Shown piece by piece: positions 37,084-48,589 of a stretch of 64,000 nt of DNA. This DNA is from Octopus sinensis (taxonomy: Eukaryota), in assembly GCF_006345805.1 (NCBI RefSeq), contig NC_043012.1, positions 682,001 to 746,000 on the forward strand. Direction: 5' to 3'. How positions within the stretch are numbered: the stretch's first letter is position 1; each line of letters begins with the position of its first letter. A program made the translations under genes and the position numbers. Below the pieces are notes generated by a model, which ran no database searches, was not told where the DNA came from, and saw only the letters and a program-made list of their open reading frames with translations.

Positions 37084-37770
37084 AGAAGACTCGGCAAGCC
37101 AAATGAGACCATAACCTGTGGCCTAAGCAAGGAGCGTAACCAGCCCACTTATGCGTACCTTTTCCTTCTTTGGACACAAAACTCTACTTGTAAAGACCTG
37201 TTGAGGCAAGTGAAATCAAAATCAAAATCAAATTCGATGACTGGCATCCATGCTAGAGGGGTGCAAAGAGCACCATACGAGTATGATCATTGACAGAGTG
37301 GCTAACCGGCTTCCATGTCAGTGCCACATAAAAAGCACCATTCGAGTGTGATCATTACCAGTGTCGCCTTACTGGCACTAGTGTCTGTGCTAGTAGGGTG
37401 CCAAGTGCACCATCCGAGCTTGTTCGTCGCCAGAGCAGCCAACTGGCTTCCGTGCCGGTGGCACGTAATGAGGCACCATTCGAGCGTGATCGTTACCAAC
37501 GCGCCTTACTAACACCTGTGCCAGTGGCATGTGTAAAACGATTCGAGTGCGGTCATTGTTAGTACCGCCTGACTGGCCCCCGTGCCGGTGGCACGTAAAA
37601 AGCACCCACTACACTCTCGGAGTGGTTGGCATTAGGAAGGGCATCCAGCTGTAGAAACTCTGCCAGATCAAGATTGGAGCCTGGTGCAGCCATCTGGTTC
37701 ACCAGCCCTCAGTCAAAATCGTCCAACCCATGCTAGCATGGAAAGCGGACATTAAACAATGATGATGATG
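37084..37770 (+). mobile_element. Retroposon family D (SINE-like; internal GTGCCGGTGGCACGTAAAAGCACC sub-repeats; (GAT)n tail)
   Basis: GAGTGGTTGGC.TTAGGAAGGGCATCCAGCTGTAGAAA..GTCCAACCCATGCTAGCATGGAAAGCGGAC.TTAAAC.ATGATGATG. Other copies at 43635, 46840, 57497 and 58440. Confidence 0.75.
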
Positions 37771-37812
37771 ATATATATATATATATATGTATGTATGTAT
37801 ATATATATATTA

Positions 37813-38195
37813 CTCTTTACTCTTTTACTCTTTTACTTGTTTCAGTCATTTGACTGTGGCCATGCTGGAGCACCGCCTTTAGTTGAGCAAATTGACCCCA
37901 GGACTTATTCTTTGTAAACCTAGTACTTATTCAATCAGTCTCTTTTGCCAAACCACTAAGTTACGCTGACGTAAACACACCAGAATTGGGGTGACAAACA
38001 TATATACACACACACACACACACACATATATATACGACGGGCTTCTTTCAGTTTCCATCTACCAAATCCACTCACAAGGCTTTGGTCAGACTGAGGCTAT
38101 AGTAGAAGACACTTGCCCAAGGTGCCATGCAGTGGGACTGAACCCAGAACCATGTGGCTGGTAAGCAAGCTACTTACCACACAGCCATTCCTATG
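37813..38195 (-). mobile_element. SINE family A composite copy
   Basis: Collinear with 41231-41641 along its length. Confidence 0.8.
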
Positions 38196-38606
38196 CCTAT
38201 ATACATATACACATATATATACAAATACACATGTGTGTGTGTGTGTATGAAGGTGTATGGCCTAGTGGTTAGGCTGTTGCATTCCTGATCACTGGATCGC
38301 AGGTTCAATTCCTTGGGCGTCAGATTGGGTTCTTGAGCAAAATACTTAAGTTCAGGTTGCTCCAGTTCCTCTTTTGATCAGTGGGGAATGTTGGCCTACT
38401 CGCCTAGCCAAGCAGGGGGGTATCATTTGAAAGCTAAGACAATGCAAAAGCACATTGTGACCATCAATGCATAACATCTGATAGCCTGGTGGATCATGTA
38501 ACCACATGATATATATATATATACATACATAGATACATATATATGTATTCACACACACATGCACACACACACACGCACACATATATACATATATAAAATC
38601 ATTAAA

Positions 38607-38838
38607 GGCGGCAAGCTGGCAGAATCGTTAGCACGCCGGGCGAAATGCTTAGCGGTATTTCGTCTGCCGCTACGTTCTGAGTTCAAATTCCGCCGAGGTC
38701 GACTTTACCTTTCGTCCTTTCGGGGTCGATTAAATAAGTACCAGTTATGCACTGGGCTCGATGTAATCCACTTAATCCGTTTGTCTGTCCTTGTTTGTCC
38801 CCTCTGTGATTAGCCCCTTGAGGGTAGTAAAGAAATAT
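38607..38838 (+). mobile_element. SINE family C monomer with 13-bp TSD
   Basis: Full head and body. ATATAAAATCATT at 38591-38603 and 38839-38851. Confidence 0.88.
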
Positions 38839-39227
38839 ATATAAAATCATTGATGAAGGCTTCAGTACGACAATCATTTCAAGTCATCTCCTTCTTTATG
38901 CATGAACCTGATGTGTCACAAACTGCACAAATTGATGCAACACATTTATATGCACATTATCCTACTCATCACGAACAGTTTCACAATGAGTCGAAGTGAT
39001 CGTCGTACAGAATAAAGACAGTTACTAAATTCATCTTCTGTTTCCTTCATCAATTAATATCTCAACTAACACTGCAGAATTCCTGGAGTAGATCCAGCAG
39101 TGATATGCCCCAATTGTGGATGACACCAGGTAGCCCAAACCGCAAATGTGCTTTACTCAACACACGAATTGACATATACCCATTAAGTAAAAAATAATTA
39201 CACACAAACACACACACAGATAGATAA

Positions 39228-39277
<50 letters not shown>

Positions 39278-39306
39278 TATATATATAATATATATGCATA
39301 TATATA

Positions 39307-39354
<48 letters not shown>

Positions 39355-39608
39355 TATATAAATTAGAAAGAAACACCTTTTATCAATTCAATAATGAAAA
39401 ATTAAATCATGCCATTGAGAAAAATACATATTATAGAAAGATTAAATATAGGATAAAACATATAACAATGATTAATTAATTTGCAAAAAAAGTAAATAAA
39501 CATATATATATTATACATACATACATACATATATGTATGTATGAATGCACACACATTACATATATATATATATGTATGTTTGTATGTATGTATATGTATA
39601 ATATATAT

Positions 39609-40469
39609 TGTTGTGTCTTGGGAGAGTCATCATGCCAATATAATTAATGCAAACACTCCCACTCGTTTATTAAATATCTGGTTGTTTTGTTTGTGTTTGT
39701 CAAAGCTCTTGTGTTGCTTCTTGCAATCTTTTCAAAAAGGTTGCAATGATCATGATGTCAAGATAGTACACCAAGCACGATCCCATACTTTACTTGATCT
39801 GAGTACGCCCCATGCCACCCTTGTTCAATCTGCCTTCACTGTTGCTCCAGAAATTGACCCCTTCTCAGGCCCCACCTTCAATGAATTCCTTTTCCTTTTC
39901 TTCCCACGCCTACCTTCAATCCTTTTATCTTACCTGCATTCTGAATACTGTAATCTGACACCATCACTTTCCATATCTTCTCTAATCCACTCTTCTTCTA
40001 TAAGTACGTAATCTACATGTCCTGCTCATCCACTGACTCTTTCTTACCTCTTGCACTCATCCTGGATGCATTCCTTCCATACTGCCAAGCCTGTCTCTTA
40101 TTTTTCTTTAACACCACTTGCCCCGATCTGGAACTGATCACTGTTACTTCCATATAACTGACTTCATCATCTACCACCACGAATCATATCTGTGCCTGAA
40201 AATATATATATATATTGGACAGATTGAGCAATACTTTTCTGACCATCTTACCAAACAGCTTCAAGCCATCTAATTCCATAGAGGTTGTGTTGTTGCATGC
40301 ATATTTCTGCTTCGTGGACCACTTCATCTATCATTGCTTTGTATTTGGCATAGTTATACACAACTGTTCACTTGGCTCTTTACTCCCATGTGAACAGGAA
40401 CTCATTTTCCCTCTTGAGATATTTACACTAATAAACTCAGCCACTACATTCTATCTTTTTAACCTTACA
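39609..40469 (-). mobile_element. Possible solo-LTR-like block
   Basis: Minus strand would run TG(TAAGG)..AATAAA..CAACA, but no TSD was found. About 155 bp of it recurs at 41905-42055. Confidence 0.25.
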
Positions 40470-40497
40470 CGTTTGCAAGTGCATGCAATCACACACA

Positions 40498-40545
<48 letters not shown>

Positions 40546-41230
40546 ACAAAGCAATGACATACTTTCACACACACATATTACCCATAATGCTACCACATTA
40601 TTCATAGCTCAACCAAACACAGTTCACATAAACATACACATAGATCAAACAAGACATGCCCACTTATCACACACACACACACATACATGGCAAGTAATAG
40701 GTATGACTGTGTGATTAAGAAGTTTACTTTGCAAGCATGGAGTTTTGTGTTCAGTGTCACAGCATAGCATCTTGGGCAAGTTTCTTCTAGTATTGCCTCA
40801 GGCCAACTAAAGACTTGTGAGTGGATTTGGCCGGCAGAAACAGTTGTACTCGTATGTGTGTGTCTGTATGTGCATGTACAAGTATTTTTGTATGCATGTA
40901 TGTGTATATGTAAGTATGTCAGTGTGTGTGTGTATGTGTGTATGTGTGCATGTGCATGTATGTGTGTGTATATATGTGTGTATGTGTGTATGCATGCATA
41001 TGTATATATGTGTAAGTGTGTGTGTGTAAGCGTTGTATTATAATTTGTTACATGCAATAAATAAGTCGACCAGACAATAGTAAAAACAATGTAACGAACT
41101 AACAAATCTCTTTACGAACCAACAACCAATATTCCTAGTGAACTAACCAACCAACACCTTCCAACTTCACATGTGACCTACCACAAACTTCACTCAACTC
41201 TGAACTCACTCAACTCCGAACTCACTCAGA

Positions 41231-41442
41231 TACTCTTTTACTTGTTTCAGTCATTTGACTGCGGCCATGCTGGAGCACCGCCTTTAGTCGAGCAAATCGA
41301 CCCCGGGACTTATTCTTTGTAAGCCCAGTACTTATTCTATCAGGCTCTTTTGCCGAACCGCTAAGTGACGGGGACGTAAACACACCAGCATCGGTTGTCA
41401 AGCAATGCTAGGAGGACAAACACAGACACACAAACATATACG

Positions 41443-41479
<37 letters not shown>

Positions 41480-41641
41480 GACAGGCTTCTTTCAGTTTCT
41501 GTCTACCAAATCCACTCACAGGGCATTGGTCGGCCCGGGACTATAGCAGAAGACACTTGCCCAAGGTGCCACGCAGTGGGACTGAACCCGGAACCATGTG
41601 GTTGGTTAGCAAGCTACTTACCACACAGCCACTCCTACACC
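41231..41641 (-). mobile_element. Full-length SINE family A composite inserted in the gypsy 3' LTR
   Basis: Head GGTGTAGGAGTGGCTGTGTGGTAAGTAGCTTGC..GGTTCCGGGTTCAGTCCC, central (TA)n, tail CAAATGACTGAAACAAGTAAAAGAGTA. CAGAT on both flanks. Confidence 0.88.
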
Positions 41642-42056
41642 AGATCATTACTATTTATACTTTACTCGAACCAGTCTATCTCTCACAAGGCGGCATCAAA
41701 ACTCTCATCACAACATCTTCCCTTTTGAGATTTCGACTACTGTGAGAAGGTGGTATTTCTTTTATTTTGTTTTTTTTTTCTTTCCAGCAACTCTCCATTT
41801 CTTTTTTTTCTTTTTTAGCTGTTGTATCTTAACTATTGCCTGACTTTTAAGATAGTATTGATCGTTGTGCACAGCACATTTTCTTTTCCTATTAAGCACT
41901 CTTGTTTGTCAAAACTCTTGTGTTCTTTGCAATCTTTTCAAAAAGGTTGCAATGATCATGATGTCAAGATAGTATATCAAGCATGATCCCATACTTTACT
42001 TGATCTGAGTACACCCCATGCCATCCTTGTTCAATCTGCTATCACTGTTGCCCCTG

Positions 42057-42578
42057 GCACTCGAACATCTCAGGTGTAATGTTTTTGAGTTTAAAACTTT
42101 CATACATCCCTTTCACTGTTCCAGCAGGTGATAAAATCATCATTCCCTTTTTTTTGTTATATTCCAACACTCCATTCGAGTATTAAATAGAGAAGTTTTA
42201 TCACCAAATATGTTAGTAATTCTTTAAAACAAATTTCATTGGTTTTTTGGGGCAATATGAAATTACAGTAATGTTCTGTTTTAACGGAGCTAATTTTTGC
42301 AATAACAATCTCGCATTTTGTTCATCCAACCATGATTTGCAATCTTGCTTAAAAAAATCTCCTCACACCTTCTGTAATGAATTGCAAAGGTTATATCCTC
42401 CTCTGGGTTAAATGAATTCATTAAACAAGTTTGAAACGCTGTCTGGCGAAAAGGAACTTAACTCATTTTTGGACTTCTTTGAATATAGCTCCAATAATTA
42501 TTGTTGTTGTAGTTGTTGCTATTGCTGTTCTTGTTGTTGCTTTTGCAACTGTACTATGGAAGTTAATAGGTCTTCCAT
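42057..42578 (-). pseudogene. gypsy gag pseudogene (K02A2.6/Mag-like type)
   Basis: MEDLLTSIVQLQKQQQ..FNPEEDITFAIHYRRCEEIF/KQDCKSWLDEQNARLLLQKLAP/EHYCNFILPQKTNEICFKE/NIFGDKTSLFNTRMECWNITKK..DDFIT/AGTV..YESFKLKNITPEMFEC, with several frameshifts and stops. Confidence 0.8.
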
Positions 42579-42904
42579 TATTTCACAAATTGTTAAATAA
42601 CCTACGTGAGCTTCGAAAACCTCGTCGTCAATAATTTGTTATGTATAGTAAATAAGACAACCAGAAAACAGTAAAAACAATGTAACAAACTAACAAATCT
42701 CTTTAGGAACCAACAACCAATATTCCTTGTGAAATTACCAACCGACACCTTCTGACTTCACTGCAAACTAACACGAACTTCACTTGATTTGATCCGACTA
42801 AAGGCAGTGCTCCAGCATGGCCGCAGTCAAATGACTGAAACAAGTAAAAGAGTAAAAGGAGTAAAGAGATATATCTGTGTATGTATGTATATATATTTAT
42901 ATAT

Positions 42905-43200
42905 GGAGGCGCAATGGCCTAGTGGTTAGGGCAGCGGACTCGCGGTCGCAGGATCGCGGTTTCGATTTCCAGACCGGGCGTTGTGAGTGCTTATTGAGCG
43001 AAAACACCTAAAAGCTCCACGGCGCTCCAGCTGGGGGTGGTGATCCCTGCTGTACTCTTTCACTACTCTTTCTCCCACTCTTTCTTCTGTTGGCCTGCTC
43101 ACTTAGCCAGCGGGGTGGCGTCATTCTAAGGCTAAAACAATGCGAACGCATTGTGACCAGCGATGTGTAACAACATCTGATGGATTGGTCGGTCACGTGA
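42905..43200 (+). mobile_element. SINE family B head with an alternative 3' tail
   Basis: Head as at 20710. The 3' part (GCTCACTTAGCCAGC..CATTGTGACCA..AACATCTGAT) resembles 38400-38490 instead. Confidence 0.75.
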
Positions 43201-43596
43201 TATTTATATATAATCCAAATAAGATGACGAAGAAAATTCTTTAACACAGCTTTAATGATTTGTTACACTTGTTTTTCTACCAACTCTGCTTGCAACACTG
43301 GTTCACACGAAAATTCAAAACGAAAAATTTTCTTGAATTTCTGCAGAAACTGATATGGCAAGCAGATTTTGTAGAAAAACAATGGTAATGGACCATCAAA
43401 GATCTTGTTAAGAATTTCTTTGTCTTCCTATTTGGATTATAAATTACTTTTCACCAAACCTGCATAACAGTATTATCATTGATAGCCAGGATTTTCAACA
43501 TTTGAAGAATTTTTTCATTGGTCTGGAATGTGACCAGAATTCGGGTTGAGTGCTTCTCTGGAAATACCATAGCTTTATATCCTACCAGCACCTAAG

Positions 43597-43631
<35 letters not shown>

Positions 43632-43634
43632 AAT

Positions 43635-44052
43635 CCTACATGCCACTGGCGCGGAAGCCAGTTAGCCGCTCTGGCAACGATCATGCTCAGAGGGTACTAA
43701 GAGCACCATCTGGGCATGATCATTGCCAGAGTGGCTACTTGGCTTCCGTGCCGGTAGCATGTAGGAGGCACCATTCGAGCGGGATCGTTACCAGCATCGC
43801 CTTACTGGCACCTGTGCCATTGGCATGTGTAAAAAATTTGAGCGAGGTTGTTGTCAGTACCGCCTGACTGGCACGTAAAAGCACCCACTACACTCTCAGA
43901 GTGGTTGGCATTAGGAAGGGCATCCAGCTGTAGAAATTCTGTCAGATCAAGACTGTAGCTTGGTGCAGCCATCTGGTTCGCCAGCCCACAGTCAAACCGT
44001 CCAACCCATGCTAGCATGGAAAGCGGACGTTAAACGATGATGATGATGATGA
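43635..44052 (+). mobile_element. Retroposon family D copy
   Basis: Same sub-repeats and (GAT)n tail as 37084-37770. Confidence 0.75.
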
Positions 44053-44064
44053 TAAATATATATG

Positions 44065-44102
<38 letters not shown>

Positions 44103-45369
44103 GAGTAAAATATTCAAAAGTGATTATTTATATACATACTATTATTATTATTTTTATTATCTGTGATAATATAAATAGTTGATAATAACAACAGCAATAA
44201 TATAGGTGGTTCTTTCTAGCAGGTAGGCGCCTTGTGTGCACTTATGATTGATATATGTGTGTGTGTACATAAATGCATACATACATGCATATAGATAGAC
44301 ACATACGCACACATATATGCATGGGGCTTGAACTCCCAAGATGCAACCCCAAATGTCGACGATGTTATTTTTGTGTGGACTACATAATTCATATAATTAG
44401 CAACTGCCCTAAAATGTCATTGAAGTACTATTTTGCATTGTAACATGATAAAATTGCTAAACCAATTTACAATACCATCCACAGAAAAAAAACTGCTCTG
44501 GGGCAAACATAATGGTAATTCTATTATTGATTACACACGTTCATATCAGCGTAAGATTATTGATGGAACTTTCCCATTAGAACTTCTATGATATATGAAC
44601 ATAACACATTTGATATGGTTATTTGAGATTGGAAACAAAAGTTATGTACAGCCATAGAGGTTAGTTGCCCTACGTGGCTGCGTGGTAAGATCTTTGTTTT
44701 CCACTCATATGGTTCTAGGTTCAGTCCTTGCATAGTATTTTTGGGCAAGTGTCTTCTACTATAGCTTTGGGTTGACCGAAGTCTTGTGAACAGATTTGGT
44801 AAGTGGAAGCTGAAAAAAGCACAAACACACACACACACACAAACATATACACACACACATAAACACATATACACACACTTGTATGTATGTATGTATGTAT
44901 GTATGTATGTATGTATATATGTATGTGTGTGTGTGTGTTTCTTTGTTTATGTTTGATCTACCACTGTTTTTGACAACTGGTGTAGGTGTGTTTATGTCCC
45001 CGTAACTTAGTGGCTCAACAAAAGAGACTGATCGATTTGTACCTTGCTTACTGAAAACATTAAATACTGGGGCTGATTCATTCAGCTAAAATTTTTTGAA
45101 GGTGGTGCTCCAGCATGGCCACAGTCCAGTAACTAAAACAAGTACAAGATATAGGTAAAGATAACTCCCCAACCAAAAGAATAATCAATGAGAAGGAGAA
45201 AATTTATGGACAACTGTGGCTGTGTGGTAAGTAGCTTGCTTACCAACCTCATGGTTCCAGGTTCAGTCCCACTGCATGACACCTTGAACAAGTGTTTTCC
45301 ACCGTAGCCTCAGGCCAACCAAAGCCTTGAGAATGGATTTGTTTGATGGAAACTGAAAGAAGCCCATTG

Positions 45370-45408
<39 letters not shown>

Positions 45409-45420
45409 AAAAAGGATATA

Positions 45421-45661
45421 AATATTTGCATTGGGAACTCCTTTCATCGAAAACTGGTGATTGTCATACGCTGATGACGGGTCAAGACCCAGAAACTGGT
45501 GTCCATGCGTATCACTTAGGTTGACGAGGGAAGGATGACCTCCCTTTGCAAATACTGATAGGGTACAGAAAGCGTGCCTATAGCCAGCTGGAGGAGATGT
45601 TCTCCTGGGGCTACAAGCTACAGTAACACCCAGCCTTAGTGGTTAGCCATATTGAGATGGC
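45421..45661 (+). ncRNA. HHR-bearing small element, copy 1 (degenerate ribozyme)
   Basis: CTGATGA (45471-45477), stem II GGGT-CAAG-ACCC, GAAAC (45492-45496), GTC (45501-45503). Outer helix TATTTGCA..GGGA / TCCC..TGCAAATA. Terminal GCCAT-ATTGAG-ATGGC (45646-45661). Confidence 0.55.
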
Positions 45662-45717
45662 AAATATACCTCACATATATGTATAAATTTATATATGTAT
45701 ATATATATATATATATA

Positions 45718-46094
45718 CTAGCAGTATCGCCCGGCGTTGCTCAGGTTTGTAAGGGAAATAACTATAAAGCATTTTTAGAGAGTTATAGCCAAAAAATAGC
45801 AAAAAAATGGAAAAAAATGGTAAATTTTTTTTAGTTAAAAAAGGTGGAGTTGCGTCCCCTAGACAGTTTTCGGTTTGTGTTTCTGATTCTCGACCCCATG
45901 TCGAATTTATCGATTTTTTTCAGAACTGGGGGAACTTTTCAAAATTTTCGCTGCGTTAGTTTTGAATTATGACATTGGGCTATGTGTGTGTCAAGTTTCA
46001 TCAGAATCGGTTGAAAGCCGTGGTCAGGGTGAGGGTACAAGCAAACAGACACACAGAAAACACACAGACAAACTGCCGTTTATATAGAGAGAGA
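45718..46094 (-). mobile_element. Non-autonomous Helitron
   Basis: Minus strand starts TCTCTCTCTATATAAAC and ends GCAACGCCGGGCGATACTGCTAG. About 70 bp at the 3' end is nearly identical to 29955-30025. Confidence 0.8.
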
Positions 46095-46257
46095 TAATAG
46101 AAATATTAAAATTACTAAGTCTCTCTAAAAGAGATTACTGCAGCGTTACTGGAAATTAATAGTTATCGCCATATTAATATGGCGATAACTATTAATTTCC
46201 AGTAACGCTGCCGTAATCTCTTCTAGAGAGACTTAGTAATTTTAATATTTCTATTAT
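46094..46257. repeat. 164-bp spacer-less palindrome (82-bp arms, 2 mismatches)
   Basis: Centre between 46175 and 46176, within GCCATATT|AATATGGC. Arms compared base by base. Confidence 0.95.
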
Positions 46258-46559
46258 TGAAAACAAGTGGATGTACTCCACCGAAACTAGGTAAATAAAG
46301 CCTTCGAACTGGGACGATCAGTGGCGACACCTGCAAGTCTGACTACGCTGCATTGATAAGGGGCAACAACCCTGAAACGTCGTCTGTAGCTGTCTGACTG
46401 GCAGGATGAAGCGGCTGACCTCCCTTGTTCGAAGGTTATAACGGATGCAGTTTGTGTGTCAAATAGCTAGCTTAAGGCAATGGCCTCATGGAGCTAATCA
46501 GCGACAGCTTTAGTCTTATATTTATGAGACTGCCATATTAATATGGCGATAACTATTAA

Positions 46560-46560
<1 letters not shown>
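46168..46560 (+). mobile_element. HHR-bearing 364-bp unit with 29-bp terminal direct repeat (retrozyme/PLE-pLTR-like), copy 2
   Basis: GCCATATTAATATGGCGATAACTATTAAT at 46168-46196 and 46532-46560. Outer helix CCTTCGAAC..GGGA / TCCC..GTTCGAAGG encloses the HHR. Confidence 0.6.
46347..46390 (+). ncRNA. Minimal type-I hammerhead ribozyme with two core substitutions
   Basis: Stem I GCTGCA/TGTAGC (6 bp, one G-U); core TTGATAA instead of CTGATGA; stem II GGGG-CAACAA-CCCT; GAAA; stem III AC-GTC-GT; predicted cleavage after C46384 (GUC). Confidence 0.65.
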
Positions 46561-46602
<42 letters not shown>

Positions 46603-47315
46603 GTATGTGTGTATGTGTGTCTGTGTTTGTCCTGCCAACATCGCTTGAGCCTTGTAACCTAGCAATTTGGCAAAACAAGACCGATGAAATAAGTACTAGG
46701 CATACAATGAATAAATCCTAGGGTCGATTTGCTCAACTAAAGGTGGTGCTCCAGCTTGGCTGCAGTCAAATGACTGAAAGAAGTGAAAGAGCAAAAGAAT
46801 AACTGTTTGGAATCCTGAAAATCTCTGATTATAAAAAGCTTCTGTGCTGCCACCAAAATGTAAATCACTTGTGTTCGTGGCACACGAAGAAGTACCTGTA
46901 GTGGTGTCACATTAAAAATCGCTGGTGCTGGTGCCACATACAAAACACTCATGCTGGTGTCACATATGAACCTCCCTTGCTGAGCCCACATAAAAAGCAT
47001 CCACGTTGATACCACATAAAGAGCACCTGAGCGGTGGGCCATGTGAAAAGCACCCAGTACACTCTGTAAGGTGGTTGGCATTAGGAAGGTCCAATGAAAC
47101 TATGCCAATGCAGACAATTGGAGCCTGCTGCATCTTTCTGTCTGACCAGCTCCTGTCAGACCATTTAACTTGGGCTAGCATGGAAAAAAGGACTTCAGAA
47201 ACATAAGAATTCTAGTTGTTATTTGAACTCCAATGATGGAACATTGGCTTATTAGCGAGAAACTAGTACATTCCTTCAGGGAAGAATTCTAAAATATATA
47301 AACAGTTGAAGAAAC

Positions 47316-47378
<63 letters not shown>

Positions 47379-47967
47379 CATGTGTGTATGTATATATATA
47401 TATAGAGAGAAAGACATAGGGAGACAGACAGACAGACAAAAAACAGATAAATAGATAGATAGGCAAACAGACAGAGATAGATAGATAGACAGACAGACAG
47501 ATAGATAGACAGATAGATAGATTGGCAGACAGCTGGACGGACGAACAGATAAATGGACTGACAGACGAACCGACTGAGAGTCAGACAAACAGACAGACAT
47601 GCATACAGACAGACAGATATGCATACATACATACAGACAGACAGACAGACAGTTAGATAGATAGATAGATAGATAGATAGATATGTATAACATACATATA
47701 TGCATACAGACTTACATTTGCTGACACACAAATACACATGTATTTGTTAATGTATGTATAGGAATGTAGATATATATATATATACATTTTAACATATAAT
47801 GGCATATATGCATATATATACGCATATGAATGTGTGTGTGAGTGTACATATTCATACATATGTATATTTCTAGTCAGGCAAGTAAACATAGGCATAAATA
47901 TACATACATATATAATTACATATATTTGTATATATGTATATATTTATATATGTGTGTGTGTGAGTGT

Positions 47968-48008
<41 letters not shown>

Positions 48009-48589
48009 GTTATAAATATATTGTGTGTGAGTGCATATGTATGTATTTATAATGTGTATATATGCATATATACATATATACATATATATATACACACACT
48101 TATACATACATACATACATACATATATATATATATATATTATATATATATATATATATATATTTATATGTATATGTATGTATGTAAGTATATAAATGCTG
48201 TATATATATGGATATATATATACATATACACACACATATGTATATGTGCATATATATGTGTATGTATATATGTCAATGCATGATTGTATACATATGCGTA
48301 TGTGTGCATATGTGTGTTTGTGTATATGCATGTGTGATAGTAAATTGATAGCTATTGGTAGTTCTGCAGGCCTTGTTGCATCAAAAACAGCAGCAACAAC
48401 AACAACAACAACTGCATAAATAAATAGATGTATGTACTTATGTGTGTATGGTGTGTATGTGTTGCTGTTGCTGTAGTTGTTGTTGTTGTTGTGTTTGTGA
48501 ATAAGCAATTGAAACCTGATATTTATAGTAGTTTTTGAGCAATAAAACTTTGTATCATCAATAATGAAAAACATCAACATCAATATCAA

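Larger units (their letters stand above)
41034..42790 (-). mobile_element. Internally deleted Ty3/gypsy LTR retrotransposon
   Basis: 5' LTR remnant at about 42635-42790 matches 41040-41200. PBS-like T(G)ACGACGAGG near 42620-42633, then gag. PPT CTCAAAAGGGAAGA (41716-41729) directly precedes TGTTG, the start of the 3' LTR at 41715. The 3' LTR has TATAAATA and is split by a SINE. Confidence 0.75.

Noticed and set aside
37260-37600. Regularly spaced GTGCCGGTGGCACGTAAAAGCACC motifs resembling a CRISPR array (also at 57650-57880)
   Set aside because: The intervening sequences are homologous to each other, the context is eukaryotic, and the motifs are internal sub-repeats of retroposon family D.
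39078-39129. Possible small exon CTGCAG|..CCAG|GTAGCC
   Set aside because: The splice signals are weak, the peptide is unrecognised and no partner exons were identified.
40215-40440. Minus-strand QHNLYGIRWLEAVW resembling the gypsy protease NLFGxDW motif
   Set aside because: No catalytic D(T/S)G motif was found, and the position is inconsistent with the neighbouring element. Probably coincidental.
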